DNA from: Octopus sinensis
Lineage: Eukaryota
Length of the DNA: 64,000 bases
Reading direction: 5' to 3'
NCBI RefSeq assembly: GCF_006345805.1
Contig: NC_043009.1
Coordinates: 20,088,001-20,152,000 of the forward strand
Shown piece after piece: positions 1 through 12,413 of the stretch; within the stretch, counting starts at the first letter, position 1, and every line of letters begins with the position of its first letter. A program made the translations under genes and the position numbers. The notes under the pieces are model-generated. The model was not told the origin of the DNA. It made no database searches and saw only the letters and a list, made by a program, of their open reading frames with translations.

Positions 1-1406
1 AGTCTGGCATACAACTGTAAAGCTCGTAGAGCAGACCATCCAAACCCGGCGATTTGTCCCTCGAGCATTCTGCCATCGCGTCCTGCATTTCCGCCGCCAT
101 GATGGCACCTTCGCAGCGCCCAGCCTCTCTTGTCGAGAGTTGTGGTAGGCTGTGTAGGTAGGCACCGAAGTCCACCCTACATTCTTGCCCGCAACTCATC
201 CCAAACAGTCGGGCAAAACGCTGTTGAAAGGCCTCACACATTTTACTTGGCTCGAGCAATTCGCGCCCCTGTTCATCTACCAGAGACCGAATGGTGGCTT
301 TCTTGCCCTGTTGCGCATCTGCCACCCGGACTTCTCTCGTGGCTCCAACACCTTCGTTCCTTAGAGCACGCATCCTAGCTCTGACAACACACCCTTCGTG
401 TTTGGCGTTGAAGTGTTGGTCGAGGGCCAACTTCGCCACCAAAACGCCAGATGCGATTCCGCTTCTAATTGCCTCTTCTAGCTTCTTAACTAGCTCACCC
501 TCTACTCTCTTTCTATCTATGGGTAGTGCTTTGCTGTACCTAATCGCTTCTGCTTTTACTGCTCTCTTGAGAGCAAACAACCATTTGTTGTTGATGATGA
601 CTCCCATCAAATCCCTCTTTACTAGTGTGCTCATCCGGTCTCTGAAAACCTGTCTCGACGGGAAAGACGCATTCAGTTTCCATTAACCATGAACCTGCCT
701 ATATGCCTTATCTAAGTCTAGCATACACGTCACAAGTTTGTGATCTGTGTAGCTGACTATGCGGAGTTGTGAACATTCTAAGCTATCCCTATCTGCTGCT
801 CTGCATAGTATCCTATCTAGATACAATCTCGACAACCCGATGCAGTTGCTCCATGTCCCCATTGGCACATTCGAGTGGTTGTGTCGGTACCTGTCAGACA
901 GTTGAAAGCGTCTGAGCAGGTCTCTGATGCATTTACATCCCCGTCTATTTTCATCTCTCCCCACGTAGTCTAAATGTGTGTCCAAGGTAGCATTCCAATC
1001 CCCCACTAAAAGTAAAGGACGAGACGTTCCCAGGAATACTTCTAGACATCGAAAGAAATCCACCCGACCTGTTAAAGGTGGTGCATAGACTGCCAGCAGT
1101 CGAACAACGCACCCATCACTGCCGTTGACATCCAAGACAACCAGTCTACCCTCCGGGTCTACTAATATCGTCTTTACTTCGAGATCCAGACTCTTGCGAA
1201 AAAGTACCACCCATCCTCGGCAGACAGGGAGAAAAATAAATGTTAAACTGTCCGCCAAACATTGTCTTTAGGGCCCGTGGTTCATGGAGTCTGGTCTCAC
1301 TTATTGCTATGATTTCCAAATTATGTGACTTTATGTCATTTAAAAGATACTCTTGTTTCCAAGGGGACCCCAAGCCACGTGCATTCACACAACCAATCTT
1401 GACCAT
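1..1406 (-). pseudogene. ORF2 of copy 1 (AP endonuclease plus start of RT region), disrupted
   Basis: Motifs MVKIGCVNARGLGSPWK, IIAISETR, LLVGDWNA and LYLDRIL; a frameshift/deletion near 1190-1215; a stop at 683; LPGLDGLPYELY-type motif near the left edge. Confidence 0.9.
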
Positions 1407-1455
1407 GATCCTATTGAGTTGTGTGCTTTAAAACACAAACGAAAGGAACAGAGAG

Positions 1456-3344
1456 TTACTTACCTTTCGAAAGATTTGTCTCCTCCTTTGATTTTTCATC
1501 AAGGAGGCTGTTATACATTTTTTTGCATAAATATCTATGACATTCTCCTACTGCATTGGGATAGAGCGATTTTAGTGTGTGGTGCAATGTTGGTGATTTG
1601 TGATAAATTTTTATGTGTTCTGGTAGTGTTGTGTGTGGGTGGTTGTTCGTTTTAATGTCGTTTTCTGTAATGTTTGTGTTTGTGTTGATGTATTTCATCA
1701 ACTCTGTGTTTTTGGTGTCTATGGCTGTGAGCATATTCTTTGTAGGTATTTTTGTGGCGTTGATATTGTTTGTGGTAGGGTTTGAGATGTCTTCGGGAGA
1801 TGTATATCTCCCTGCTTTGTTTGCATTTGTATTGGATTTGGTTCTTTTTTTGCTCCTTTCCCTCCTCCCTTTTCTGGCTATTTGCCATTCGTCAGTGCTT
1901 TCATCTTCCAACGAAATTTCCGAGGAATCGGAAGGGGGTACGGGTGTGTTGTAGGCTTCAATGTATGTTTGTGCAGTTGGTTGTGTTGTTGTTTTCGTTG
2001 ATGCTGGTTGTTGATTGCTTGTGTGTGGTGTGTGTGATGTGGGGGAAAGGGAATCAGTTTTTGTATTGTCTTTTGGTTTTACTGTTTCTTTAGTTCTTGT
2101 TGTTGGTGGTGTTTTTTCAGATGTTGTTGTATGTTCATTTGTTGGTGTTGGCGGGTTTGGTTTTGTACTCCCTTTGTTTGTCCTCTGTGCTGATGGTGGT
2201 GTGGGTAGTAATGGTTCTTTTTTCTTTTGACTTTTTCCTTGTTGTGGTTGTTGTTCTTGTTCTGGTTTTTGTTGTTGTTTTGTTGCTGTTGGGCAATCAC
2301 TTTTTAGGTGTTCCTCGCTGCCACACAAGTAACAGCGAGGCCTCCTACCCTCTACCACCACGTAAAGGAAATTGCCATCTGGCAGTTCAGTTTGGTGGGG
2401 GATGTTATTGATTTGGTTTTGATCTATTTGCATCAATAACTGAACCATTTTCCTCGACCATTTCTTTTCCTCCAAGGTAGCAAATTCGAGAATATTTTAT
2501 TCTCCTCCATTTTGTAGCAAATGGCTGGCAACAGCCATTGTGACTCTATTTCTGGAGGGACATTTTTTATTGAAATTTTGGTCATGCGTTGACCAAGGTA
2601 GGTCGGAATTAAAATGAGTTTTTCCGACTGTAAGGTGAGCGTCGAAAGTTCTTTCGCTCTTTCTTCGCTGTTGAAGCGAACCTGTATTGTGGCATATTTG
2701 TTTCCCCAATTTAAATAATTCTTGTAGGCCCATATTGGCGGTAAACATTTTTCAATGAGTTTTGGTTGTACTTGTTCTGGTCTGTGTGTTTTTGCGTTTA
2801 GAACTTTGTATATTATTGTTTTCTTTTGTGTGTTGTCTATGTTTTGTGGTATATGTAAGCGTAAATGTGAACCTTCTTCAGTTAACAGGGCTTTTGTCTG
2901 TTTTATTTGTTCTGTTGTGAAATGTAGTATTGTCTTTTTTTGTTTTAACGCTTGTGCAAAAGTGGGTTTGGTGGTAGTGTTGGTGGCAGAGGTGTCACTT
3001 GTAGTAGTTGAGGTTGTAGTAGTGGTGTTGTTGTTGGCAGTTATGCTAGACGGCAAAATGATGATATCGTTGTTGTTGTTGGTGGTGGTGGTGGTGGTGG
3101 CAGTGATAGTCTCGTTGTTGTTGTTGTTGGTGGTGGTGGTGGTGACAGGGCTGTTAACGAAAGTGGTTGCAGCGTTCACTTCCACGTCACTTAGGTTTGT
3201 CTTTGATCTCTTACTTGTCATGTCTGTTCTATTAGAATGTGTGTGCGTGCAGGAGTTCTTTTTTTCTCCTAGCGTTTCAAGGCTGGAGAAATGCTGGTCC
3301 ATGAAGGAATTTGACCAGCGTTCAACAATAAAATTTTTCGACAT
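1456..3344 (-). pseudogene. ORF1 (gag-like) of copy 1, one frameshift near 2490
   Basis: ORFs 2433-3344 and 1456-2475 join into one protein: Thr/Asn tract, RRM-like region (YATIQVRFNSEERAKEL), CX2CX4HX4C knuckle (CYLCGSEEHLKSDC), low-complexity linker, conserved C-terminal block. Confidence 0.88.
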
Positions 3345-3543
3345 TTTTTAATGTCGAGAAGAAAAATATACAATTTAATTAGTGTTGAAACTGCCCCTAG
3401 GGGCCAATTCCTCCCTTGGAAAAGCACTCAAATGAAAGTTGGGTGCTTTACACACCTTATTTACAAAAATGTACACAAAATGGGGTCAATAAATAGTCAA
3501 GATAAACGATTACCTTCAGAGCCGATGTGACAACACGTCAGTT

Positions 3544-3555
3544 GATAGATAGATA
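3544..3555 (+). repeat. (GATA)3 spacer between the 5' end of copy 1 and the 3' end of copy 2
   Basis: Sequence reads ...acacgtcagtt GATAGATAGATA tgtttctttattagcc... Confidence 0.9.
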
Positions 3556-6500
3556 TGTTTCTTTATTAGCCACACAGGGCTGCACACAGACGGGACAGAT
3601 CACAAAGTAGAGCTTTTCTTTTTTGGGGAACAAAAAAAAAAAGGTGGGGTAGGTTTTCGATCAAAAGAGATTGTAAAAAGGAAAGAAGAAGAAAAAAAGA
3701 AAAAAAGGAAAAGAAACAAAAGAAAACAAAAACGATCAATAGGGATCGTGTATCACAGTGTCATGATGTAAAGTGTAAAGGGGGAAGCAGATAAGGTTTA
3801 TCCGTGGGAAGAAAAGCCTACGGAAAAGACCACGGTAACCTCGGTCAATATTGTTACATGTTACCACATTTGTTTGCAAGTAGGTAACCCTCTGTTTTAA
3901 ATTTCCGGATTCATAGGATTATGCTCAAGGTGGCTTCGTCATTCATACGTGCCATCCTTGCTACACTCACCCATCTTTTATTAAAACATTCGCTAGACAA
4001 AACTTGCCTCTCTACTCTCACTTTCCTTTTCAAGTGGTACTTAAAGAAGTTGATGAGAGATTGACCAGAGAGGAAAGTTTTTGTCTCCAATCCTTTCAGA
4101 CGCGTCCACCAGATACATTCTTTCGCCATAGCTACAAGGATGATGAAAATAGCTCTTCCCGTTTGAAGGAAGGAGGCGTGACAATATTGACGATAGACTC
4201 AGCTGATAAACCGACTCGTCCCACACGTGACAGCAGTTGTTCGACATAAGCCCACGGGTCGAAAATGGTTGGACACTGCACGATTGCGTGCAGAACGGTT
4301 TCGTCGCTCTGACCGCATCTCGGGCAGGTCGGCCCCGTGTTTCCCGAGCCGTGTCTGTAGAGCTTATCCTGAACGGGTAGCGCTTCTCGGTAGCACTGGC
4401 AGGCCAGGGATCTCTGGAAGTTGTCCATGGGCCCTGGCCCGAAAGTCGTCCTGAACAGGCGGGTCAGGTATTCCTTGTTGATGTCCAGGTTCACTCCGAG
4501 CTCGTCATCGTACCTCCCCTCCACTAATCCCCTATAGAATGCTTTTGTTGTGTTGAAGTCACTCAAGGTCGACTCGGGAAGGCATAGTTGCTTGAGAGCA
4601 ACGCGACACTCGTGGCGCCATTCCCCGTTTCTCAGCCTCTTTTTGATCCACGACTGCAGTTCGGTCATGGAGACAAGTTGCAGGAAAGCGTGCCTCACAA
4701 ACGGCGACCACACCTGTTCACCGTCGTCTACGTAGAGCCTGAGATGTCGCAGTCTCAGCGCGGGTCTGCGCATCATCAACCACAGCATGTCCAGTCCTCC
4801 TTTTAATGGGTGTGGGACGAGGCGCGACGGTCAGGTGGTAGTAGATGACGTACGCGATGTACGTGTTCGCCACCTCCGCCCGACCTTTTAGGGACAGTTT
4901 CCTCTCGGCCCATTGCCGGGTGAGAGTGACCACCCTACTCGTTATCTCATTCCAGTTCTTCTCCATTTGGAGGTCCACACCAAACCAGACCCCCAGCAAC
5001 ACGACCGGACCGTCGGTCCAGCGTCCCACGACGGAGGTGCTGGTGGACTGCATGGGCTTACTTCTCTAGATGCCAAGTCGCATGCCCACTGATTTTTCCT
5101 GGTTGATTTTCGCTCCTGTCACCGCTTCATTGTCTTTCAGTGTCTCGCCGACCTGCTCGATGTCCTTGTAGCTAGACACTATGACGGTGACGTCGTCCGC
5201 GTATGCAAACACACTTATCCCGCACCCCAATTCTCGTGGGATGCCTCTCAGAGTTGCCAGCTTCCACAATAATGACTCGAGAGTCAATACGTACAGAAGC
5301 GACGAGAGGGGGCATCCCTGACGGACCGAATGTGCAATGTCGAAAGGTCTCGATAGATGCCCATTCATGCGAATTACCAAACGGATGCCTCTGTACAAAG
5401 CGGCTATCCAGCCGCGGAAGACAGGACTGAAACCAGCCACTCTGAGGACAGCCTCCAAGTATCGATGGTCTACCCCATCGAAAGCTTTCAATTGATCCAA
5501 ATTGATCAGCGCCCCACCCATGCCAGGTTCCTTAGCTACCCTGTCTATGATGTAGTGCATCAGATGGCGGTTGTCATGGATGCTCCAGCCCGGCACGGCG
5601 TCTTGTCGACCAGTTTCTCAATGACAAGCGCCAACCTCTTGGCCAAAATTTTCAGGTCTGCATTAAGCAGAGTGATGGGCCTAAAGTTATCTATTACATT
5701 CCCCTTGTTTAGATCTTTCTTCAGCAGTGTTACAGCTCCTCGGCTCACAAAACCAGGAATGCTCCCGTTTTGCTGTCAGTTGCAGTACACCACTGCCAAG
5801 ACGTCTCCAAACAAGTCTGGCATACAACTGTAAAGCTCGTAGGGTAGACCATCCAAACCCGGCAATTTGTCCCTCGAGCATTCTGCCATCGCGTCCTGCA
5901 TTTCCGCCGCCATGATGGCACCTTCGCAACGCCCTGCCTCTCCTGTCGAGAGTCGTGGTAGGCTGTGTAGGTAGGCACTGAAGTCCACCCTATGTTCTTG
6001 CCCGCCACTCATCCCGAACAGTCGGGCAAAACGCTGTTGAAAGGCCTCACACATTTTACTTGGCTCAAGCAATTCGCGCCCCTGTTCATCTACCAGAGAC
6101 CGGATGGTGGCCTTGTTGCCCTGTTGCGCATCTGCCACCCGGACTTCTCTCGCGGCTCCAACACCTTCGTTCCTTAGAGCACACATCCTAGCTCTGACAA
6201 CACACCTGTAACGAACTTAGTGTGAATCTCTTCTCTTGTACTTTCGGGGTACAAGAAAGCAATCACTAGCCGTTGCTTTAATAATCCAGAATTCTACCAG
6301 TCAGAAACAACAAGACGCAGACGTAAAAGATATATATACTACTTTATTCTCTTTCTTGGTAACAGTAACAATAAGTGGTTATCTGATGTCCTTGGTTCTG
6401 GGCGCGCAAGGCTGAAAGTTAATCGATTGTAATATTTACAATGTTCAGCCGCCAAAAACGAAACGAGTTAAAGATGGCGTCCAGAACAGGGAAGATGAAC

Positions 6501-8250
6501 GTGGTCGGCAACAATTTGGTGAAAACCTTCGGCCGCCTGCTATCAGAGCTGGACAGCTAGAAAATATACGTCCGTCGCCTTCGTCGCTGCCGTCCCAAGT
6601 CGCCGCTTGCTGGACGCTGGTAGTCAACGTCTTACGACCCCCTTGCCTCGGCTAACTGCTACGTAGGCAAAAGGGTTCTTCTTCCGGTGCTTCGCGCATG
6701 CGCGAGAGGGCCCTTCCTCTCTCTTGGTGAAGGCACCAACACCACACGCGCGAAATAGAAAATGGACGGTGCGCGCACGCGCACCGTTATAGGATCACTA
6801 CACACCCTTCGTGTTTGGCGTTGAAGTGTTGGTCGAGGGCCAACTTCGCCGCCAAAACGTCGGATGCGATGCCGCTTCTAATTGCCTCTTCTAGCTTCTT
6901 AACTAGCTCACCCTCTACTCTCTTTCTATCTATGGGTAGTGCTTTGCTGTACCAAATCGCTTCTGCTTTTACTGCTCTCTTGAGGGCAAACCACCATTTG
7001 TTGTTGATGATGGCTCCCGTCAAAGCCCTCTTTACTAGTGTGCTAATCCGGTCTCTGAAAACCTGTCTCGATGGGAAAGACGCGTTTAGTTTCCAGTATC
7101 TGGGACCCTGCCTATGTGTCTTACCTAAGGCTAGCATACATGTCACAAGTTTGTGATCCATGTAGCTGACTATGCGGAGTTGTGAACATTCTAAGCTATC
7201 TCTATCTACTGTCCTACATAGTATCCTATCTAGATATGATCTCGACGACCCGATGCAGTTGCTCCATCTCCACGTTGGCACATTCGGGTGGTCTAGTCGG
7301 TACCTGTCAGACAGTTGAAAGCGTCTGAGCAGGTCTCTGAGGCATTTGCATCCTCGTCTATTCCTATCTCTGCCCACATAGTCTACATGCGTGTCCAAGG
7401 TAGCATTCCAATCCCCCACTAAGAGTAAAGGATGAGACGTTCCCAAGAATACCTTTAGACATCGAAAGAAATCCGCCCCACCTGTTAAGGGCGGTGAATA
7501 GACTGATACGAGTCGAAAAGCGCACCCATTGTTGCCGTCGACATCCAGGACGACCAGTCTACCCTCCGGGTCTACGAATATTGTCTTTACTTTGAGATCC
7601 AGACTCTTGCGAAAAAGTACCGCGGTGCCACTACCGCCCATTCTTGGCAGACAGGGGGAAAAATAAATGTTAAACTGTCTGCCAAACATGGTCTTTAGGG
7701 CCCGCGGATTGTGGAGTCTGGTCTCACTTATGGCTATGATTTCTAACTTGTGTGACTTTATGTCATTTAAGAGGTACCCTTGTTTCCAAGGGGACTCCAT
7801 GCCACGCGCATTTACACAACCAATCTTGATTATAATCCTAATGAATTAGAATACAAGTGAAAGGAACAGAGGGTTACTTACTGCTTGAAAGTTTTTGCTT
7901 TCTCCTCCTTTGGTTTGTCCTCGAGGAGATCCCAGTAAAGTTTCTTTGTGAGGTATTTTTGGCATTTACCAACCGCACTGGGGAAAATGCCTTTTAGTAT
8001 GTGGTGCAGACTTCTGGAGATATGTAATATTTTGATGTGATCCGATGGTGTTGTGTATGGGTGATTGTTTGTTTTTATGTCTTCTTCTGTTATGTTTGTT
8101 TTTGATTTGATGTATTCCATCAAATTTGTGTTTTTGGTGTCTATAGTTGTGAGCATGTTTGCTGTATATATTTTTGTGGTGTTGGTGTGGCTGTTGTTTG
8201 TGTTGGGTTTTAAAATGTCTTCAGGAGATGTATTTCCCCCTGCTTTGTTT
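3556..8250 (-). mobile_element. Tx1/L1-clade copy 2, 5'-truncated within ORF1, ORF2 decayed, carries a solo LTR
   Basis: 3' end with AATAAA; C-terminal CPRC...HAIVQCP zinc-finger-like motif (ORF 4132-4788); RT motifs RQGCPLS and YADD (5066-5596); endonuclease (6787-7800); ORF1 C-terminus (7878-8250) ending at a GACG/GACA/GATA tract. Confidence 0.93.
6207..6802 (-). mobile_element. Solo LTR, Ty3/Gypsy-like, 596 bp
   Basis: Termini TGTAACG...CACTACA; 4-bp target-site duplication CACC at 6203-6206 and 6803-6806. Removing it restores the Tx1 ORF2 sequence seen uninterrupted at 385-405. AATAAA on the minus strand near 6344-6349. Confidence 0.88.
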
Positions 8251-8300
8251 AGACGGATGGACGGACGGACAGACAGACAGATAGGTAGATAGATAGATAG
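8251..8300 (+). repeat. Degenerate (AGAC/GGAC/AGAT)n microsatellite at the 5'-truncation junction of copy 2
   Basis: Homology to ORF1 stops at tgctttgttt|agacggatgg. Confidence 0.85.
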
Positions 8301-9904
8301 GAGAGTAAAGTTCACAGCTCATCTTCTTCCAGAGGGTATGAAGGTTGGTCCATACTTTTGTGAAGATATAGGTCCTTAAGTATAATTCCAGGTAAATCCA
8401 AGCAGTATATTGGCAGCATTTTGAATGTATATTCAGACATAGAAACGAAGACAAAAAGGTATCATGAATTGGATGTGCTCCTCTGACCCGACAAGGTGAA
8501 TTAATACTCAAAATATGTGCATCCATCCAACTCATGATGGTGTAGGAAGTATCCATAAAATTATTGACAACTACGATGATGATGATAATATACACACACA
8601 TCTTACTGGTTTGTTCAAAGGGGTCCCTGTGGATGAATTCTCCTCCCTGTTTAACAAATTCTCCCCAGACTCCATCAATAGTTTTTTGCTTTCTAATTTT
8701 TCAAAAATCTCTTGTCTTCCTCCAAAGGGATTTCATTAACAACCAAGACCCCTTAAATAACCCATCAAAAATTCATCAGGTCCATTTTTTTTACACTTCT
8801 TTAAAATGTCCCCCACCTCCATTGTTTGTGTCCAGTCTTCAGACTCTCACCATTCTAAACATTTACTCACACAATTCCATCGTTGTCTCCATATTCTGGC
8901 AGTTCTTACTACACTCTTTCCATATAAGGTTCCTCAATCACTTCTTGAGGTGCAACTTGCTGTGTTTTTTCCTTTTTCTTAACTTTCAACCCACTTTCCT
9001 TTATCATCACCTCCACCTCTCCTTACTTTGCTGGTCCCTTTTTGTTTCCCTCAAGCATCATGTCAGATACCTCTGTTAACTTTCTGTCCCCATTTCTTAC
9101 CTAAATAACCACCCATAGCTCTGCTGCTATCCATTCTCTTCTTTTTTCTTCCATTTTTTTTCTTTCTTTTTTTCAGCTGTCTCAATTGTAATGTCTTCCA
9201 GTTCACTCCAGTATTGATCTCTATCTGTTTCTGCATTTAATGCAGCATATTGATTCTTGAGGTCCAGCTTATACACTTCTCTGTTGTCACTTTTATTCAC
9301 TTTGCCAGTATCAAAAGGTTTTTAGATTTTTAAAAATGATTTTTTAGCTTTATCTTGATAAACTACCTTGCTTCTGTTGTAATATGAATGAAGATCTCAT
9401 CCTCTGAACAGAAGCAAGTCTTAATCACAATTAATCCTTCTGCAACTAAATCAGATGAAATTCATCAAGTTTTTCTCACTCAGGTACGCTTAGATTTCTA
9501 CATCTATCAATTTGGGACCAAAGAATAGTTTGGTTACACAGAGACCTTACTTTCCACACACACACGTTACGAGTAAGTGTTTTTAACCCTTTCATTACTG
9601 TATTTATTTTGAGATGCTCTGTGTTTCTTTCAATTATTTAAAATATAACAAAGAATTTAGTAAAATAACTTAGTTATTATTAAGCTAGTGTTAGGAACAT
9701 AAATTGTGACTAAGGTTTGGTGGAAGATTTTAATTCAAAACTTATGAGAGCAAGACATTTGTACTACAGAACCAGAGCCGGTTTCAGCCGGATTGGTATC
9801 GAAAGGGTTAAATAGATAAAAACAGCACAAATAGTCACTGAACAGAAGGACTCAAGATCTGTGTAACGTTAAATATTTATCAAAAGAATGTTAATAATGT
9901 TAAT

Positions 9905-10270
9905 AATGGTTGTGTGGCAAGGAGTTTGCCTCCCAACAGCATGGTTCTAGGTTCAGTTCCATCGTGTGGCAACCAAAACCTTATGAGCAGATTTTGTAGA
10001 CAGTAACTGAAAGAAGCCCGTCGTATGTATATATATGTGTATATATGTGTATGTATGTGTCTTTGTGTCTTTGATTGTCCCCACCACCACCAGCACTTGA
10101 CAACCAGTGTTGGTGTGTTTATGTCCCCATAACTTAGCAGTTCATCAAAAGAGACTTATACCAGGCTCAAAAATAAATAAGTTCTTGGGTCAATTCATTT
10201 GACAGGAATTCTTCAAGGTGGTGCTCCAGCATGGGCTGCAGTCTAATGACTGAAACCTGTAAAAGAATAA
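9905..10270 (+). mobile_element. tRNA-derived SINE with CORE-like segment and internal (TA/TG)n (abundant family)
   Basis: Similar to the copy at 50545-50905; reverse copies at about 10800-10920, 11296-11640, 11880-12030 and 24590-24880. Confidence 0.65.
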
Positions 10271-11295
10271 TTACTTCCAAGTTTCTCCAATGATGAAACT
10301 TACCCCCAGGTCTTTGACCCCAAGATTTCAGGTCACTCATGCAGAAAAAAAGAGATTCTATCACAAACAAGCAGAATAAATGGATGTCTACATATGACCA
10401 TCACCCCTGTCATTCTCACAGAATAAATGGCTCTCACTGTAGCCACAGACAACTCCATTCTTCCTATTTCACTCACAGATTCCCGTGTGCAAAGTGTCTC
10501 CTTCCACAGGAAAAGTAAACCCCACTGACTTCCACCCGATGCCACTTCTTCCCACCATCCCAGCTCAACATCTTCCCCTCTTATCTCAGTTTGTAGCATC
10601 ACCTGTTTGTCAGGTAAAACATCTTTTATTCAACATGTCTTTCAAGATAAAAAGAAAGCTAACAAATAATTTTTTGATAGAGGAAAGGACAACAACATCA
10701 CTGCTTGGAGCTCAAGGATTTTTGTAGACATGCAAACGTAATTACATGTACATGCACGCACACACAAATGTAGGGACAAACACATACAAAACCACCACCA
10801 CCACTACCATCTCCATACACATGCACACACACATGGGTATAGGCTTCTTTCAGTTTCTGTTGACCAAATCCCACTCTGAAAGCTATGGTTGGCTTGAGAC
10901 TATAGCAGAGACACTTGTCCAAGAGACTGGACCTAGAAACATTTCCCCACACACATGCCTACACCTTGATATTTCTACACACGCACACACTTGTGTGCAT
11001 TTGTATGTATCTATGTGCTTGCAAAGTTAAACATGTACACCCAATAATACACAAACACAAATACATTTAAATATAGAGCATTTGACAATACCACAATGGT
11101 TTCAAAACTGCTAGGTCAAGGCCTATCAATTTTTCAGCTTTCCTGTTTAAGAATATATCCCTATCATACACACACACACACATATGAACATATATAAATA
11201 TATATATACACATACATGTGTGTGTGTGTATACACATATGCGTACACACACACAGACACACACACGCATACACACACACAGACACACACACACAT

Positions 11296-11640
11296 ACATA
11301 TTCTTTTATTCTTTTATTTGTTTCAGTCATTTGACTGCAGCCATGCTGGAGCACTGCCTTTAGTCGAGCAAATCGACCCCAGGACTTATTCTTTGTAAGC
11401 TCAGTACTTATTCTATTGGTCTTTTTTTAACTGAAACACTAAGTTACAGAGACATAAACACACCAGCATCAGTTGTCAAGCAATGTTGGGGGGACAAACA
11501 TATACATATACGACGAGCTTCTTTCAGTTTCCGTCTACCAAATCCATTCACAAGGCTTTGGTTGGCCCGAGGCTATAGTAGAAGGCACTTGCCCAGGGTG
11601 CAATGCAGTGAGACTGATCCCAGAACCATGTGGTTGGTAT
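11296..11640 (-). mobile_element. Same SINE family, reverse orientation, (AAGAATA)n-type tail
   Basis: Reverse complement of the 9905/50545 copies. Confidence 0.7.
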
Positions 11641-12392
11641 ATTTATCATTATCATCAACATCATCTTCATTTAATGTCCACTTTTCCATGCTTGGACAAA
11701 GTTTATTGAGACAAATTCTTTTATGGCTAGATGCTCTTCCTGTTGCCAACCCTTCCAAGCAAGGTAATATTTCCCCAGTAGACAGACTTGTTTTCACAGA
11801 ATACTGGAAATTAATGTCACTGCTTCTATAACAGAGGCACTCATTTACAACTATTACGTAATGTCAAGACAAGGCAACACACACACACACATACCAAGTG
11901 CTTCTTTCAGCTTTCCATCAACCAAATCCATCCACAAGACTATTGTAGAAAAAAACCTGCTTCAGGTGCCATGAAGTGGGACTGAACTTGAAACAAGATC
12001 ATTGGGAAACAAACTTCTTAACCACATAGCTATGCTTGTAACAACCCATGCTTACAGATATATATATATCCTCATTATCATCATCATCAACATCATTTAA
12101 GGTCTGCCTCCCATGGGTCGGATGGTTTGACAGGAGCTGACCAGGCAGAAGACTGCACCAAACTCCAATGTCTGCTTTGGCATGGTTTCTATGGCTGGAT
12201 GTCCTTCCTAATACCAACCACTTTACAGAGTAGACTGGGTGCTTTTTATGTGGCCCCAGCGCTGACGAGGTCACCAAGTTTGGAGACAGGAGGAGAGAAT
12301 TTACATATATAGAGGGTGGGCTAAAAGTTACGCACAAAATAAGTTCAATGCTCTTTGGAATTGTGTGTGTGTGTGTAGATAGCTAGCTAGCT

Positions 12393-12413
12393 AGATAGAT
12401 AGATAGATAGATA
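12393..12413 (+). repeat. (AGAT)5 tract at the 3' junction of copy 3
   Basis: Directly visible; preceded by (GT)n and (AGCT)3. Confidence 0.9.

Larger units (their letters stand above)
1..3542 (-). mobile_element. Tx1/L1-clade non-LTR retrotransposon copy 1 (intact 5' end; 3' part runs off the left edge of the window)
   Basis: ORF1 with CCHC knuckle followed by an APE-endonuclease/RT ORF2. The 5'UTR (3345-3542) closely matches 17686-17884 of copy 3. The 5' end abuts a GATA tract. Confidence 0.93.

Noticed and set aside
8300-9300. Purine-rich minus-strand stretch as a decayed ORF
   Set aside because: Multiple stops in all frames and no diagnostic motif; cannot be assigned.
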